Shown: in pieces, positions 50,669 through 60,229 of the stretch
Layout: each line of letters starts with the position of its first letter
How positions within the stretch are numbered: position 1 is the stretch's first letter
The notes under the pieces: model-generated
What the model was told of the DNA's origin: nothing
Database searches by the model: none
Seen by the model: only the letters and a program-made list of their open reading frames with translations
DNA from: Polyangiales bacterium
GTDB taxonomy: Bacteria; Myxococcota_A; Polyangia; Polyangiales; Polyangiaceae
Reading direction: 5' to 3'
Assembly: GCA_038231275.1 (NCBI GenBank)
Contig: JBBRLQ010000006.1
Location: forward strand, 32,001 to 96,000
Length of the DNA stretch: 64,000 nucleotides
Made by a program: the position numbers and the translations under genes

Positions 50669-52030
50669 GTGAGCGCACCCGCGGGCAGCGTCCTCGTGGT
50701 CGACGACGACGCGGCGGTCGGCAAGGTGCTCGCGCTGCTCCTCACCCAAGCCGGGCACGAGGCGGAGCACGCTCCGTCGGCGGAGGCCGCGCTCTCCCGC
50801 CTCGACGCGCGGCCCTTCGATGTCGTCCTGACCGATCTCCAGATGCCTGGAATGGACGGACTGGCGCTCTTGCGCGAGATCGGGCGGCGATTCGGCGACG
50901 TGCCCGTCATCCTCCTCACCGCGCACGGGACGGTCCCCGCCGCCGTCGAGGCGATGAAATCGGGCGCCGTCGATTTCATGCTCAAGCCGTTCGACAAGGA
51001 GGAGGTCCTTTACGTCGTCGACAAGGCGCTCGTCGCGTGCCGCCGTAGGCCGGAGCGCGCGGAAGAGGGTCGCGTCGCCAGCGGTGAGCTCGTCGGGAAT
51101 TCAGCGGCGATGCGCGACGTGATGGGGCTGGTCGTGAAGATCGCGCGTGGAACGTCGACGGTGCTCGTGCGCGGCGAGACCGGCACCGGGAAGGAGCTCG
51201 TCGCGCGCGCGCTCCACGAGGCGAGCCCGCGCAAGAACGGACCGCTCGTCACCGTGAACTGCGCGGCGCTCCCCGACACGCTCCTCGAGAGCGAGCTCTT
51301 CGGCTACGAGAAGGGGGCGTTTACGGGCGCGACGCAGAAAAAGCCGGGGCGCGTCGAGTTGGCGCACGGCGGGACCCTCTTCCTCGACGAGGTGGGCGAC
51401 GTGTCGCCCTCGGTCCAGGTGAAGCTGCTCCGCGTGCTCCAGGAAAAATCGTTCGAGCGCGTCGGCGGCACGCAGACGATCAAGGTGGACGTGCGCTTCA
51501 TCACAGCGACGCATCGCGACCTCGAGGCCATGATCGCGACCGGCGCCTTCCGCGAGGATCTCTTCTACCGCCTCGCGGTCGTGCCCATCATCCTCCCGCC
51601 GCTCCGTGATCGCGGCGCCGACGTCGTGCAGCTCGCCCGCCATTTTTGTGCGGAGCTCGGCCGCGCCAACGGGCGACCGCGCGCGACGCTCGATGACGGC
51701 GCGCTCGACGCCCTCGCGCGCGCGTCGTGGCCGGGCAACGTACGGCAGCTCCGCAACGTCATCGAACGCCTGATCATCCTCGCCGACGTCGACGTCATCG
51801 GTCGCTCCGACGTCGAGCGTGAGGTCAACCCGGCCAAGGCGCCCTCCGTCGCGCCGCGCGGGCCCGGTCCCGACGAGCGACCGCTCGACGCGCAGCGCAA
51901 GGACACCGAGCGCGAGGCCTTGCTCCACGCGCTCGCCCGCGCCAAGGACAACCGCACCCTCGCGGCGCGACTCCTCGGCGTGAGCCGCCGCACCCTTTAC
52001 AACAAGCTCCGCGAGCACGCGCTCGAGTAG
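50669..52030 (+). CDS. NtrC-family sigma54 response regulator
   Basis: Receiver VVDDD/TDLQMP/KP, GETGTGKE, GAFTGA, LFLDEVG, HTH. Confidence 0.95.
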   Translation: MSAPAGSVLVVDDDAAVGKVLALLLTQAGHEAEHAPSAEAALSRLDARPFDVVLTDLQMPGMDGLALLREIGRRFGDVPVILLTAHGTVPAAVEAMKSGAVDFMLKPFDKEEVLYVVDKALVACRRRPERAEEGRVASGELVGNSAAMRDVMGLVVKIARGTSTVLVRGETGTGKELVARALHEASPRKNGPLVTVNCAALPDTLLESELFGYEKGAFTGATQKKPGRVELAHGGTLFLDEVGDVSPSVQVKLLRVLQEKSFERVGGTQTIKVDVRFITATHRDLEAMIATGAFREDLFYRLAVVPIILPPLRDRGADVVQLARHFCAELGRANGRPRATLDDGALDALARASWPGNVRQLRNVIERLIILADVDVIGRSDVEREVNPAKAPSVAPRGPGPDERPLDAQRKDTEREALLHALARAKDNRTLAARLLGVSRRTLYNKLREHALE

Positions 52031-52031
52031 C

Positions 52032-52727
52032 TCACGGCGCGAGTCGCGCCATGGCGGTGTCCACGATCTCGCGCCTTCGCGCGTCCATGAAGTCGGCGCC
52101 GCGAACGTCTACCGGCCACAGTACGGTCAAGAACTCCTCGTCGTAATACGGGTACGCGCACATCGCGAAGACCGAGACGCACACGTGCCGGACGTCAATG
52201 CCGCGCCTCACCACACCCCTTCGCTGCAAATCCCCGAGCGTTCCCACGACGACGTCGAAGACGGGCTTGCTCGTGCGCGTGACCAGCTCCCGCGTGAAGG
52301 CGCCGCCGGCGCGCGCGTCGTGGCGCACGATCGACAGCAGCGGCGCGTGCGTCGCGAAGAAGCGGAGCATCGCGACCACGAACGCGTCGACGAGCGCGCG
52401 GAGGGCCGGGAGATCGAGGCGCGCCTTCCTCCCTCTCGCGCCGCCGATCGGGACGCGCTGAAGGATGTCCCACCCTTCGCTCGTCGTCGCCTCGACCGCG
52501 CGCGTGAGCACGGCCTGGTAGAGCCCCTCTTTGTCCCCGAAGTAGTGGTGCACGAGCGCTTGCTGCGCCGACGCCGCGACCGCAATCGCGCCGAGACGCG
52601 CGCCCGCGAAGCCCTTTCGCGCGAACTCCTGCTCCGCCGCGTCGAGGAGCCGCTTCTTCGTCGCTTCTCCGTCGCGCTTGGGCTTCACCCGCCGCGCGCG
52701 CTTCACGAGCGACAGGGCCGCCGTCAT
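52032..52727 (-). CDS. TetR family regulator
   Basis: LLDAAEQEFARKGF...HHYFGDKEGLY; ATGA overlap with upstream gene. Confidence 0.9.
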   Translation of the reverse strand: MTAALSLVKRARRVKPKRDGEATKKRLLDAAEQEFARKGFAGARLGAIAVAASAQQALVHHYFGDKEGLYQAVLTRAVEATTSEGWDILQRVPIGGARGRKARLDLPALRALVDAFVVAMLRFFATHAPLLSIVRHDARAGGAFTRELVTRTSKPVFDVVVGTLGDLQRRGVVRRGIDVRHVCVSVFAMCAYPYYDEEFLTVLWPVDVRGADFMDARRREIVDTAMARLAP

Positions 52728-53767
52728 GCGCTCGGTTCCATGTGCTCGTACTCGATGACGCCGAGGTCCTCGAACCCCTTGCGCACGAACGGGGTCAGCA
52801 GGCCGAGGCGCTTCACGTTCGGGACGATCTTGGTGAAGAGCAACCGGCGAAAGAGCGCCATCGGCTCGCTCGCCGCGACGTACGCCGTGCACTCCGCGAC
52901 GGGTAGGCCCATGCGCTCCCACACCTCCTCGCCGAGGAATCGATCGCGGAGGAGCTGCGACGACTCGATCACGAACTCCTCCCGCTCACGCAGCTCGCGC
53001 GGGTCCATCTCGACGTAGAGATCGCGCAGCGACACCACCCCGAACGCGACGTGCCGCGCCTCGTCCGCCATGATCTTCTCGGTGATCGTCTTGATGAGCG
53101 GCTCGGTCGACACCTGGTGAATCATCCCGAACGCGCCGAGCGCGACCCCCTCGAGCATGATTTGCATGCCGAGGTATTTGAAGTCCCACCGCGCGTCCGA
53201 CAGGATCAAATCGAGCAGCTTCTTCAAGGGCACGCTGGGCGGATACACGAGCTCGAGCTTGTCGCGCAGGTAGCGATCGTACGCCTCGACGTGGCGCGCC
53301 TCGTCGTAGACCTGCGCGGCGGCGTAAAGCTTGGCGTCGGGCGTGGGAGCGGCGTCGACGATTTGCGCGGTCGCGAGGAGCGCTCCTTGCTCGCCGTGCA
53401 GGAAATTCGAGATCATCCAGCTCGCCATGTGGCGCCGCAGCTTGGGCAGATCACGCTTCTTGTCGAGCTTGTCCCAGATGGGCGTGCCGTAGATCGGGAT
53501 CGTCTCGTCGGGCGAGTTCAAGCCCTCCGGATCGACGTCGGTGTCCCACGGGAGATCGGTCCGCGAGTTCCACATCAGATCCTTCGACTTCTCGTAGAGC
53601 GCACGCAGGTCGACGCGCTTGGACGCGTAGTCCCACGTGTACGTGAGCTGCTGCGCGACGGGCATCGTCTCGGTGCCACGCGGCCCGTCCTTCGCAGGTT
53701 GCGTCAGCTTCTGGGCGAAGGCTGTGTAGCCCTCCTTGGGGGGAGGCGCGCCGTAGGAGGAGGTCAT
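52724..53767 (-). CDS. Ferritin-like diiron protein (AurF-like)
   Basis: HGEQGA, DEARH twice, LEGVA. Confidence 0.85.
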   Translation of the reverse strand: MTSSYGAPPPKEGYTAFAQKLTQPAKDGPRGTETMPVAQQLTYTWDYASKRVDLRALYEKSKDLMWNSRTDLPWDTDVDPEGLNSPDETIPIYGTPIWDKLDKKRDLPKLRRHMASWMISNFLHGEQGALLATAQIVDAAPTPDAKLYAAAQVYDEARHVEAYDRYLRDKLELVYPPSVPLKKLLDLILSDARWDFKYLGMQIMLEGVALGAFGMIHQVSTEPLIKTITEKIMADEARHVAFGVVSLRDLYVEMDPRELREREEFVIESSQLLRDRFLGEEVWERMGLPVAECTAYVAASEPMALFRRLLFTKIVPNVKRLGLLTPFVRKGFEDLGVIEYEHMEPSA

Positions 53768-53801
53768 GAGTTGATTATTTATTAAATAGTCAATTCGTCA
53801 A
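53768..53801 (-). promoter_or_regulatory. Promoter overlapped by an AT-rich palindromic (TetR-type) operator
   Basis: TTGATTATTTA-T-TAAATAGTCAA (1 mismatch, 53771-53793); minus strand TTGACG-N16-AATAAT-N6-ATG. Confidence 0.7.
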
Positions 53802-53808
53802 GACTGAA

Positions 53809-53868
53809 CCGACTCCGACTCCGACTCCGACTCCGACTCCGACTCCGACTCCGACTCCGACTCCGACT
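53809..53868. repeat. Intergenic perfect (CCGACT)10 microsatellite
   Basis: Read directly; lies between stop codon at 53878 and the -35 at 53801. Confidence 0.95.
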
Positions 53869-53877
53869 CCGAGGGAC

Positions 53878-55728
53878 TCAGCGGCGAACGACGAGGAGGC
53901 TCTTTCCCGAGCTACGATCTCCGCTGCTTCCGCCTCGCAGTCCGATGCTCACGCGCGCCGTCGCGGCGTCGGCGGTCCGGCCGAGGCCGTCCTTGCGATC
54001 GTGCAGGCGACACGGCGTCGGGGGATCCGCGCCGACCGTGACCGCCACGTTCGCGCCGTCGCGCTCGACGTGGAGCGTGCTGGTGCCGTCGGGGACCACG
54101 ATCGGGCACGTCCCGCCGCCGACCTCGAGCTCGACGCCCGCATCGTCGCGGAGGACGACGATCGGCGCCGGGCCGGTCACCGTGAGGTCGAGCGCGAAGG
54201 CGGCGAACGTCGCGTCGGTGAGGAATGCGCTCGCGCCGGTGTCGAGGAGGAGCCCGCGATCGGGCGAGAAGGTGATCGGCGTGGCGCTGCGGGACACCAG
54301 ACGGTCGGGCGACATGAACGCGGTCGAATTGGCGAGGAGCGGCCCGCGCACCGAGTCCGTCGTGTAGGCGCCGCGCGCGTCGAAACGAAGGCCGGACAGC
54401 GTCGCGTGACCGTTGTTCGTGGAGAGCCACGCGGCGAGCCCCAAATCCGGCGACACCAGCGCGTCGCGATCGGGGCCGCCTCCGCTCGCCACCTCCGCCA
54501 TCAACCCGAACTCGCCGAGCCACGGCTGCCACCTCAGCCACCGGTCGCCCGTGTAGAGCACCGGGGAGCCGGCGTTTCCGGGGAAGAGGCGCGCCGCCTT
54601 CAGCTCGCCGGCGATCGACGTCGCGGGATCGGCGGTGCGGTCCGCGGAGATGACCCAGACGTTCTTGAAATCCGGCGCGGGGCTCGTCGGCGCCAAGACC
54701 GCGAGCGCGCCGCCGCCAGGAAGCGCCGCGACGCCGAGCGACGCCGCCGCGGGCAAGAGGCGCGTCTGCTTGTGCTCGCGCGCGTCGAACGACAGCCACT
54801 CGAGGGAGCCTATTGGCGAGCCTTGATCGTCGACTCCGCCCGCGACGAGGATCTCTCCGTTCGCGAGGCGGAGGACGATCGGCCTCGAACGCGGCGTGTC
54901 GAGGTGCGTGAGGCCCGCCGTCCGGTACCGTCGCGTCTTGGGGTCGACGATCTCCAGCGTCGCGAGCGCGCCGCGATTTCCCGTCCCGCCGACCAGCAGC
55001 GTCTCGCCCGTCGCGAGCACGACGGCGCCATGCACCGCGCGCCCCTCCGAGAGCAGGATCGGCGCGCCGTCGAAGTCGGCTCCCGTGAAGACCTCCGCCG
55101 ACGCGAGCAGCTCTCCGCTGTCGGGCCTCACGCCTCCGGCGACGAGCGCGCCGTCGCCGAACGCCGTCACCGTCGCGCGCGCGCGAGGTACCAGGAGATC
55201 GGCGAGAAGCTTCGTCTGTACGCCGGTCGTCAGATCGGCAACGAACGAGGCGGGCACCACGCTGTCCGCCGCGCCGCCGGCGACGAGGACACGCCGCCCG
55301 TCGAGCGCGCCGATCGCCGCGTCGGTTCGGTCGCGGAGGGGCTCGGCGGGCTGTGACAGCGCGCAGCCTCCGGTGGACGGCCAGAGCAGCACGTCGACGT
55401 CGCCGCTCGTCGCCACGTCCGCGCGCCCCCTCCAGAAGAGGAGGCCGGCCGCGTCTGCGGTCACGGCGACGCCGAGCTCCCGCGTGCCCAGCGGCATCGC
55501 CGCGAGCGTCGCGCCGATCTGGTCGAGGAAGATCTGGCCGTTCACCTCCGACGACGATTTCGGCTGAAAATCCCCGGCGGCGAAGAGGAGCGCGTACGGC
55601 GACGCTCCGACCTGACAGCTCACCGGCGAATGGAACGTGACGGTGCGCGTGTCCACGCTCGGTGCGTCGGCGCACGCGACGACGGCGGCCGCCGCGACGA
55701 CGAGCATCCGGAGCTTGGGACCGACCAC
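53878..55728 (-). CDS. Kelch/galactose-oxidase-like repeat lipoprotein
   Basis: VVAC lipobox; repeated R..H/A....L..G..LVAGG; start placed at GTG 55728. Confidence 0.75.
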   Translation of the reverse strand: MVGPKLRMLVVAAAAVVACADAPSVDTRTVTFHSPVSCQVGASPYALLFAAGDFQPKSSSEVNGQIFLDQIGATLAAMPLGTRELGVAVTADAAGLLFWRGRADVATSGDVDVLLWPSTGGCALSQPAEPLRDRTDAAIGALDGRRVLVAGGAADSVVPASFVADLTTGVQTKLLADLLVPRARATVTAFGDGALVAGGVRPDSGELLASAEVFTGADFDGAPILLSEGRAVHGAVVLATGETLLVGGTGNRGALATLEIVDPKTRRYRTAGLTHLDTPRSRPIVLRLANGEILVAGGVDDQGSPIGSLEWLSFDAREHKQTRLLPAAASLGVAALPGGGALAVLAPTSPAPDFKNVWVISADRTADPATSIAGELKAARLFPGNAGSPVLYTGDRWLRWQPWLGEFGLMAEVASGGGPDRDALVSPDLGLAAWLSTNNGHATLSGLRFDARGAYTTDSVRGPLLANSTAFMSPDRLVSRSATPITFSPDRGLLLDTGASAFLTDATFAAFALDLTVTGPAPIVVLRDDAGVELEVGGGTCPIVVPDGTSTLHVERDGANVAVTVGADPPTPCRLHDRKDGLGRTADAATARVSIGLRGGSSGDRSSGKSLLVVRR

Positions 55729-55846
55729 GCAGCCATCATACGTCCCCGCGCCATCCGAGAGCCACGACCCGATGTACGACCAAGTAGGATGCGCTCTGCG
55801 CGAGGTTTTGGGGGCCATCTCCCTCGTATGCGATAATGGAGGGGCC

Positions 55847-57529
55847 GTGTTCCCTCAGGTGTTCGGCAAATACATCCTCGAGCGCGAGCTCTCGCGCGGG
55901 GGAATGGCGCGTGTCCTGCTCGCGACGCTGCGCGGCGCGGGCGGCTTCGAGAAGCGTCTCGTGGTGAAGCAGATCCGCGAGGAGCTCTGCACCGACCAAC
56001 AGTTCGTCAGTCGCTTCGTCGAAGAGGCGAAGACGACCGTCGCGCTCAGCCACCCGAACATCGTGCCCGTGTACGAGCTCGGCGTGGAGCAAGGGACGTA
56101 TTTCCTCGCGATGGAGCTCGTCGACGGCGTGACCGTGCACGAGCTCATGAAGGGTGGCGAGGACAAGCGCCGGAGGCTCACGCCCGAGCAGGGCGCGTAC
56201 ATCGGCGTCGAGGTTTGCCGCGCGCTCGACTACGCGCACCGGCGCATGCAGGTCGTCCACCGCGACATCACGCCGAGGAACGTGATGCTCGACGAGGAGG
56301 GGCAGGTCAAGGTGATCGACTTCGGGATCGCCGCGCCCGCGCGCGTCGCAGGTCACGAGGTCTTCGGCTCACCGGGGCACATGCCGCCCGAGCAGATCGA
56401 CGGGCACGAGCTGGGGCCGGCGACCGATCTCTTCGCGGTCGCCGTGCTGCTGATGGAAGCGTGGAGCGGCGACGCGCCGTTTCGTCGCGCGACGGAGGCG
56501 GAGTGCGAGCAAGCGATGCGCGCGCCGCACCCCAAGCCGAGCGACGTCGATCCTCGTCTCTTGCCGCTCGACGACGTCATTCGCAGGGCGATGTCGCTCG
56601 ATCCGGCGGAGCGCCCCAAGGACGCCGACGAGCTCGGGCGCGCGCTGCGAAAATTCCTGGTGGGCATCGACGCCGCCGATCTGGCGCGCGATCTCGGCGC
56701 GCACGTCCGCTCCGCGCGCAAGGCGCTGTCGAGGAAACGGGCCAAGCTGGGGATGCCTGGCTACGAGTGGAAGCCGTCGCAGCCGAGCATCGCCGAGTTC
56801 GGCACCAAGACGTTCGCCGCGCGCGAGGAGGTGAGGGCCTGGAAGAGCGAGGCGCCTCCGCCGCTGAACAGCGCGTCCGACGGCCCTTCTACGCGCCAGA
56901 TGGCGACGAGCGAGCCGCCCATGCCCGCGGCCGATCTCGCGCCGCCGTCGGACAAGGACGAGCCCGAGACGATCGCCACGCGTCCGCTGGAGACGCCGGT
57001 GAACCTCGCCCCGCAGCGCCCGAGCCTCCCGTCGCCCACGCGCACGCGCGCGCTCCTCGCCGGCGCAGGGATCCTCGCCCTCGCGGCGACGCTGCTCCTC
57101 GCGGTCCGCGCAGGCTCGCGCCCGAAAGACACGGGAGGGCAGCCGATAGGGACGGCGTCGACACCGACCACGGCGTCGGCTCCGACTCCGACTCCGACTC
57201 CGACTCCGATTCCGACTCCGATTCCGACTCCGACTCCGACTCCGAACGGCACGGTCCAGCCCTCGCCGTCGGCGAGCGCGCCGGTGGCGGGCAAAGCACA
57301 CCTCGCGCTCTTCGGGGATCCGGGCACACTCGTCTCCGTCGATGGGCGCGCGCGCGGCGGGGTGCCGGTCGGCGATCTCGCGCTCGATCCGGGCACGCAC
57401 GACGTCCTCTTCACGTTCGAGGCGACCGGCGAGCGCCGCGGCGATCGCATCACGCTCTCCGCGGGTGAGAAGGTCCGCCTGCGGGCCGACTTCACGGGCG
57501 CGGTACCGACGATCCGCGTCGAGCGCTGA
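55847..57529 (+). CDS. Ser/Thr kinase with TM, Pro-Thr linker and PEGA-like domain
   Basis: RGGMA, HRDITPRN, DFG, HMPPEQ; VSVDG...LDPGTH; GGAGG RBS before GTG 55847. Confidence 0.9.
   Translation: MFPQVFGKYILERELSRGGMARVLLATLRGAGGFEKRLVVKQIREELCTDQQFVSRFVEEAKTTVALSHPNIVPVYELGVEQGTYFLAMELVDGVTVHELMKGGEDKRRRLTPEQGAYIGVEVCRALDYAHRRMQVVHRDITPRNVMLDEEGQVKVIDFGIAAPARVAGHEVFGSPGHMPPEQIDGHELGPATDLFAVAVLLMEAWSGDAPFRRATEAECEQAMRAPHPKPSDVDPRLLPLDDVIRRAMSLDPAERPKDADELGRALRKFLVGIDAADLARDLGAHVRSARKALSRKRAKLGMPGYEWKPSQPSIAEFGTKTFAAREEVRAWKSEAPPPLNSASDGPSTRQMATSEPPMPAADLAPPSDKDEPETIATRPLETPVNLAPQRPSLPSPTRTRALLAGAGILALAATLLLAVRAGSRPKDTGGQPIGTASTPTTASAPTPTPTPTPIPTPIPTPTPTPNGTVQPSPSASAPVAGKAHLALFGDPGTLVSVDGRARGGVPVGDLALDPGTHDVLFTFEATGERRGDRITLSAGEKVRLRADFTGAVPTIRVER
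57182..57244. repeat. (CCGACT/CCGATT)n array encoding Pro-Thr/Pro-Ile
   Basis: Read directly from sequence. Confidence 0.9.
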
Positions 57530-57600
57530 AGTGGAGCGAAGCGCAGCGGAGCGAAACGTTCCTGACGGAAAGGGCTGACCGGCTTTTCCAGTCAGCCCTT
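57527..57600 (+). repeat. Dispersed REP-like element, copy 2 (full, with hairpin)
   Basis: TGAAGTGGAGCGAAGCGCAGCGGAGCGAAACGTTCCTGAC followed by AAGGGCTGAC..GTCAGCCCTT stem. Confidence 0.85.
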
Positions 57601-57610
57601 GAGGGCGGGG

Positions 57611-59026
57611 TCAGAGGAAGGCGGCGAGCGCCGTCAGGACGTCAGCGCGCGAGGGTGCAACGGGAGGCGCAACGACCGGAGCGGCGGCGACCGCGGCGCG
57701 TGCGTCCGCGAGGAGCGCAGCGTCGCCGAGCAGGGTCGCGGCGGGATCCAGCAAGGACGAGAAGCGCGAGGCGGCGCGGAAGAAGCGCGGATCGAGCATC
57801 GCCGCGGCTTGCACCGCGCGGAATGCCTCCGCGCACGGCACGTCGCCACCCGACATCGGCTCGCCCCGCCACGCGCGCGTCCTCACCCGATCGACCTCCA
57901 TCGACACGCGCCAACGCCCTTCGTTCTCGGCCGCGACGCGTGCGTGGTAGTCCAGCGCGAGCGCGCGCGCGTCGCGAGGCTCGCGCTCGAGCGCATCGGC
58001 GAGCGCGAACGCGTGCTCCATGCCGAGCGCCATCCCCCACCCGTACACCGCGTTCGTGTGGCAAAGCGTGTCGCCGATCGGAACGATCCCCGTCGCCACC
58101 GGCTCTTCGTCCTGCACCAGCGCGCGCAGCACGTTTTGCAGCCCTCCCATCGGGAGTACCGGAGAGATCGCGGCGGCGGTCGCCGGCGCGACCCACGGCG
58201 CGAACGGCGGGAGCGCCGCGCACATCGCCTCGAACGCGGCGTCGTGCCGGATGACGCGGAGGTCGCGCTCGTCGACAGGGAGACCGAGCGTGATCGCGAA
58301 GACGCCGCGGTCGGCGAGGTGCACGATCGCGAGGGCGTAGGGGAGCTCCGCGCGCGGCCCCCAGAGCCAGCGCCCTCGCGGAAACGACGCCGCTTCACGG
58401 AGCGCGTAGTACCGCGAGTAATAGACGAGGCCGCACGGCTCGACGCGCGCCTCGGGCACGTTCGCACCCGCGTCGCGCAGCCATCCCCACATCGGCGCGC
58501 GCCGGCCGCTCGCGTCGATCACGAGATCGGAAGCGAGCTCTTCGCCCGTCTCGGTGACGAGTCCCTGCACGCGCGGGCAACCGCCATCGTCCGCCGCGAA
58601 GAGGAGCCCGCGCACGCCGACCCCCGCGCGGATCGTCAGCCTCGGCTCCATTGCCGCGGCCTCCCACAAGGCCGATTCGAGCAGCGGCCGGCGGCAGAAG
58701 AGGACGCGCAGATCGTCGTCGGCGGGTATGCGCGCGCCTCCGGGCACGAACGCGCCCATGTCGAATTCGGTCGCGCCGGCGTCATGGAAGCGCGCGAGGA
58801 GATCCGGCGCCCGGTCCCGCAAGAGAACGCGTGCCCGCGACATCAAGCCGTGCGGAAGGAGCGTCTGAGGCGTTCCCTTCCGATCCCAAGCGGTGAAGAC
58901 GTCCGCCGCGACGAGCGGCGCCGGCCGCGGATCCTTCTCGACGAGGGAGACCTCGTGCCCACGGCGCGCCAGGACGATCGCCGCGAGGAGCCCGCTCGTT
59001 CCGGCCCCCACGACGACGATTCTCAT
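57611..59026 (-). CDS. FAD-dependent oxidoreductase
   Basis: VVGAGTSG, IDASG, IGD...NAVYGWG. Confidence 0.85.
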   Translation of the reverse strand: MRIVVVGAGTSGLLAAIVLARRGHEVSLVEKDPRPAPLVAADVFTAWDRKGTPQTLLPHGLMSRARVLLRDRAPDLLARFHDAGATEFDMGAFVPGGARIPADDDLRVLFCRRPLLESALWEAAAMEPRLTIRAGVGVRGLLFAADDGGCPRVQGLVTETGEELASDLVIDASGRRAPMWGWLRDAGANVPEARVEPCGLVYYSRYYALREAASFPRGRWLWGPRAELPYALAIVHLADRGVFAITLGLPVDERDLRVIRHDAAFEAMCAALPPFAPWVAPATAAAISPVLPMGGLQNVLRALVQDEEPVATGIVPIGDTLCHTNAVYGWGMALGMEHAFALADALEREPRDARALALDYHARVAAENEGRWRVSMEVDRVRTRAWRGEPMSGGDVPCAEAFRAVQAAAMLDPRFFRAASRFSSLLDPAATLLGDAALLADARAAVAAAPVVAPPVAPSRADVLTALAAFL

Positions 59027-59108
59027 CGGCTGAGGTTACCCCGGAATGGCGCTGCCGCGACGCCGTCGGAAGCTGCTAGTCTCCCGCCCAACAACAGAGG
59101 AACCAACC

Positions 59109-59609
59109 ATGATCAAAGTCGGTGAACGCATCCCTGACGCAACCCTCAGCGAATCGACGGAGTTCGGCGAGGCCTGTCCGGTGTCCCCCAAGACCTTCTC
59201 GGTCGCCGAGGCGACCAAGGGCAAGCGCATCGTCATTTTCGGGCTCCCCGGCGCGTACACGCCGACGTGCTCGGCCAAGCACGTCCCCGGCTACGTGAAG
59301 AACCTCGACGCCCTCAAGGCCAGGAAGGTCGACGAAGTGTGGTGCGTCGCCGTCAACGACGGCTACGTCATGGCGGCGTGGGGCAAGGAGCAGGGCGCCA
59401 TCGGCAAGTTGCGCATGCTCGGCGACGGCAGCGCGGAGCTCACCAAGAAGCTCGGCGTCGAGGTCGATCTCGCGAAGGCCGGCATGGGCGTCCGCATGCA
59501 GCGCTTCTCGATGCTCGTCGACGACGGCGTGGTGAAGCAATTCAACCTCGAGGCCCCCGGCAAGTTCGAGATCAGCAACGCCGAGACGATGCTCAGCCAG
59601 CTGGGCTGA
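59109..59609 (+). CDS. Peroxiredoxin (Prx5 type)
   Basis: PGAYTPTCSAKH, VNDGYVM; GAGGA RBS. Confidence 0.93.
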   Translation: MIKVGERIPDATLSESTEFGEACPVSPKTFSVAEATKGKRIVIFGLPGAYTPTCSAKHVPGYVKNLDALKARKVDEVWCVAVNDGYVMAAWGKEQGAIGKLRMLGDGSAELTKKLGVEVDLAKAGMGVRMQRFSMLVDDGVVKQFNLEAPGKFEISNAETMLSQLG

Positions 59610-59621
59610 GGAGACCCTCGA

Positions 59622-60179
59622 TCACTTGGAGGGTCCGTAGATCGTCGTCGTGGTGTGCTCGAGGCTGAGGAGGTTCGGCGACCCTCCGGTCTGAAGCATG
59701 TACCCGCTGCCGTTCATCGAGGTGTTGTCGAGGACCCCGCCCTGCCACGAGCTTCCCCCGACGACGTCCTGCATCGTGGTGCCGGCGGGGGAATCCGGAT
59801 AGGAGTAGGCGTCCCACGACGCCGCGCCCCATCCGGGCTGGCTGACCCCGTATCCGACCGACGACGCCGTGAACGTGTTTCCATTCGTGTCGGTGCAGAC
59901 CAATGCGGAGTCGCTGACGACGCCAAAGCTACGGGTCGCAGATGTGCACGTCCCGAGCTTGGTGCCGAGGCCTTGGCTCTTCGCCTTTTTGTCCTGCTTG
60001 TCCTTCGCCTTCTTGCAGCTTTTGCAATCGCTCGGGTAGTCGAAGCGCGCGGGCGTGATGTTGCCGGGGGCGCCGGGCGTGTACTGCGCCGGCACGTAGG
60101 CCCCGCCCGGAGAGGCGCCCTGCAAGAACCCGGGGGTGTACGAGTAACCGCCATCGGGGGTGTCGCTCCAGGTTCCCAT
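59622..60179 (-). CDS. Hypothetical Gly/Ser/Thr-rich protein
   Basis: AGGAG RBS, 185 aa, no signal peptide, CKSC and Lys-rich patch. Confidence 0.7.
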   Translation of the reverse strand: MGTWSDTPDGGYSYTPGFLQGASPGGAYVPAQYTPGAPGNITPARFDYPSDCKSCKKAKDKQDKKAKSQGLGTKLGTCTSATRSFGVVSDSALVCTDTNGNTFTASSVGYGVSQPGWGAASWDAYSYPDSPAGTTMQDVVGGSSWQGGVLDNTSMNGSGYMLQTGGSPNLLSLEHTTTTIYGPSK

Positions 60180-60229
60180 CGGCGCTCTCTCCTACGCGTT
60201 CTCTGCGTTCACGATTCGCGGTCTGCGCG

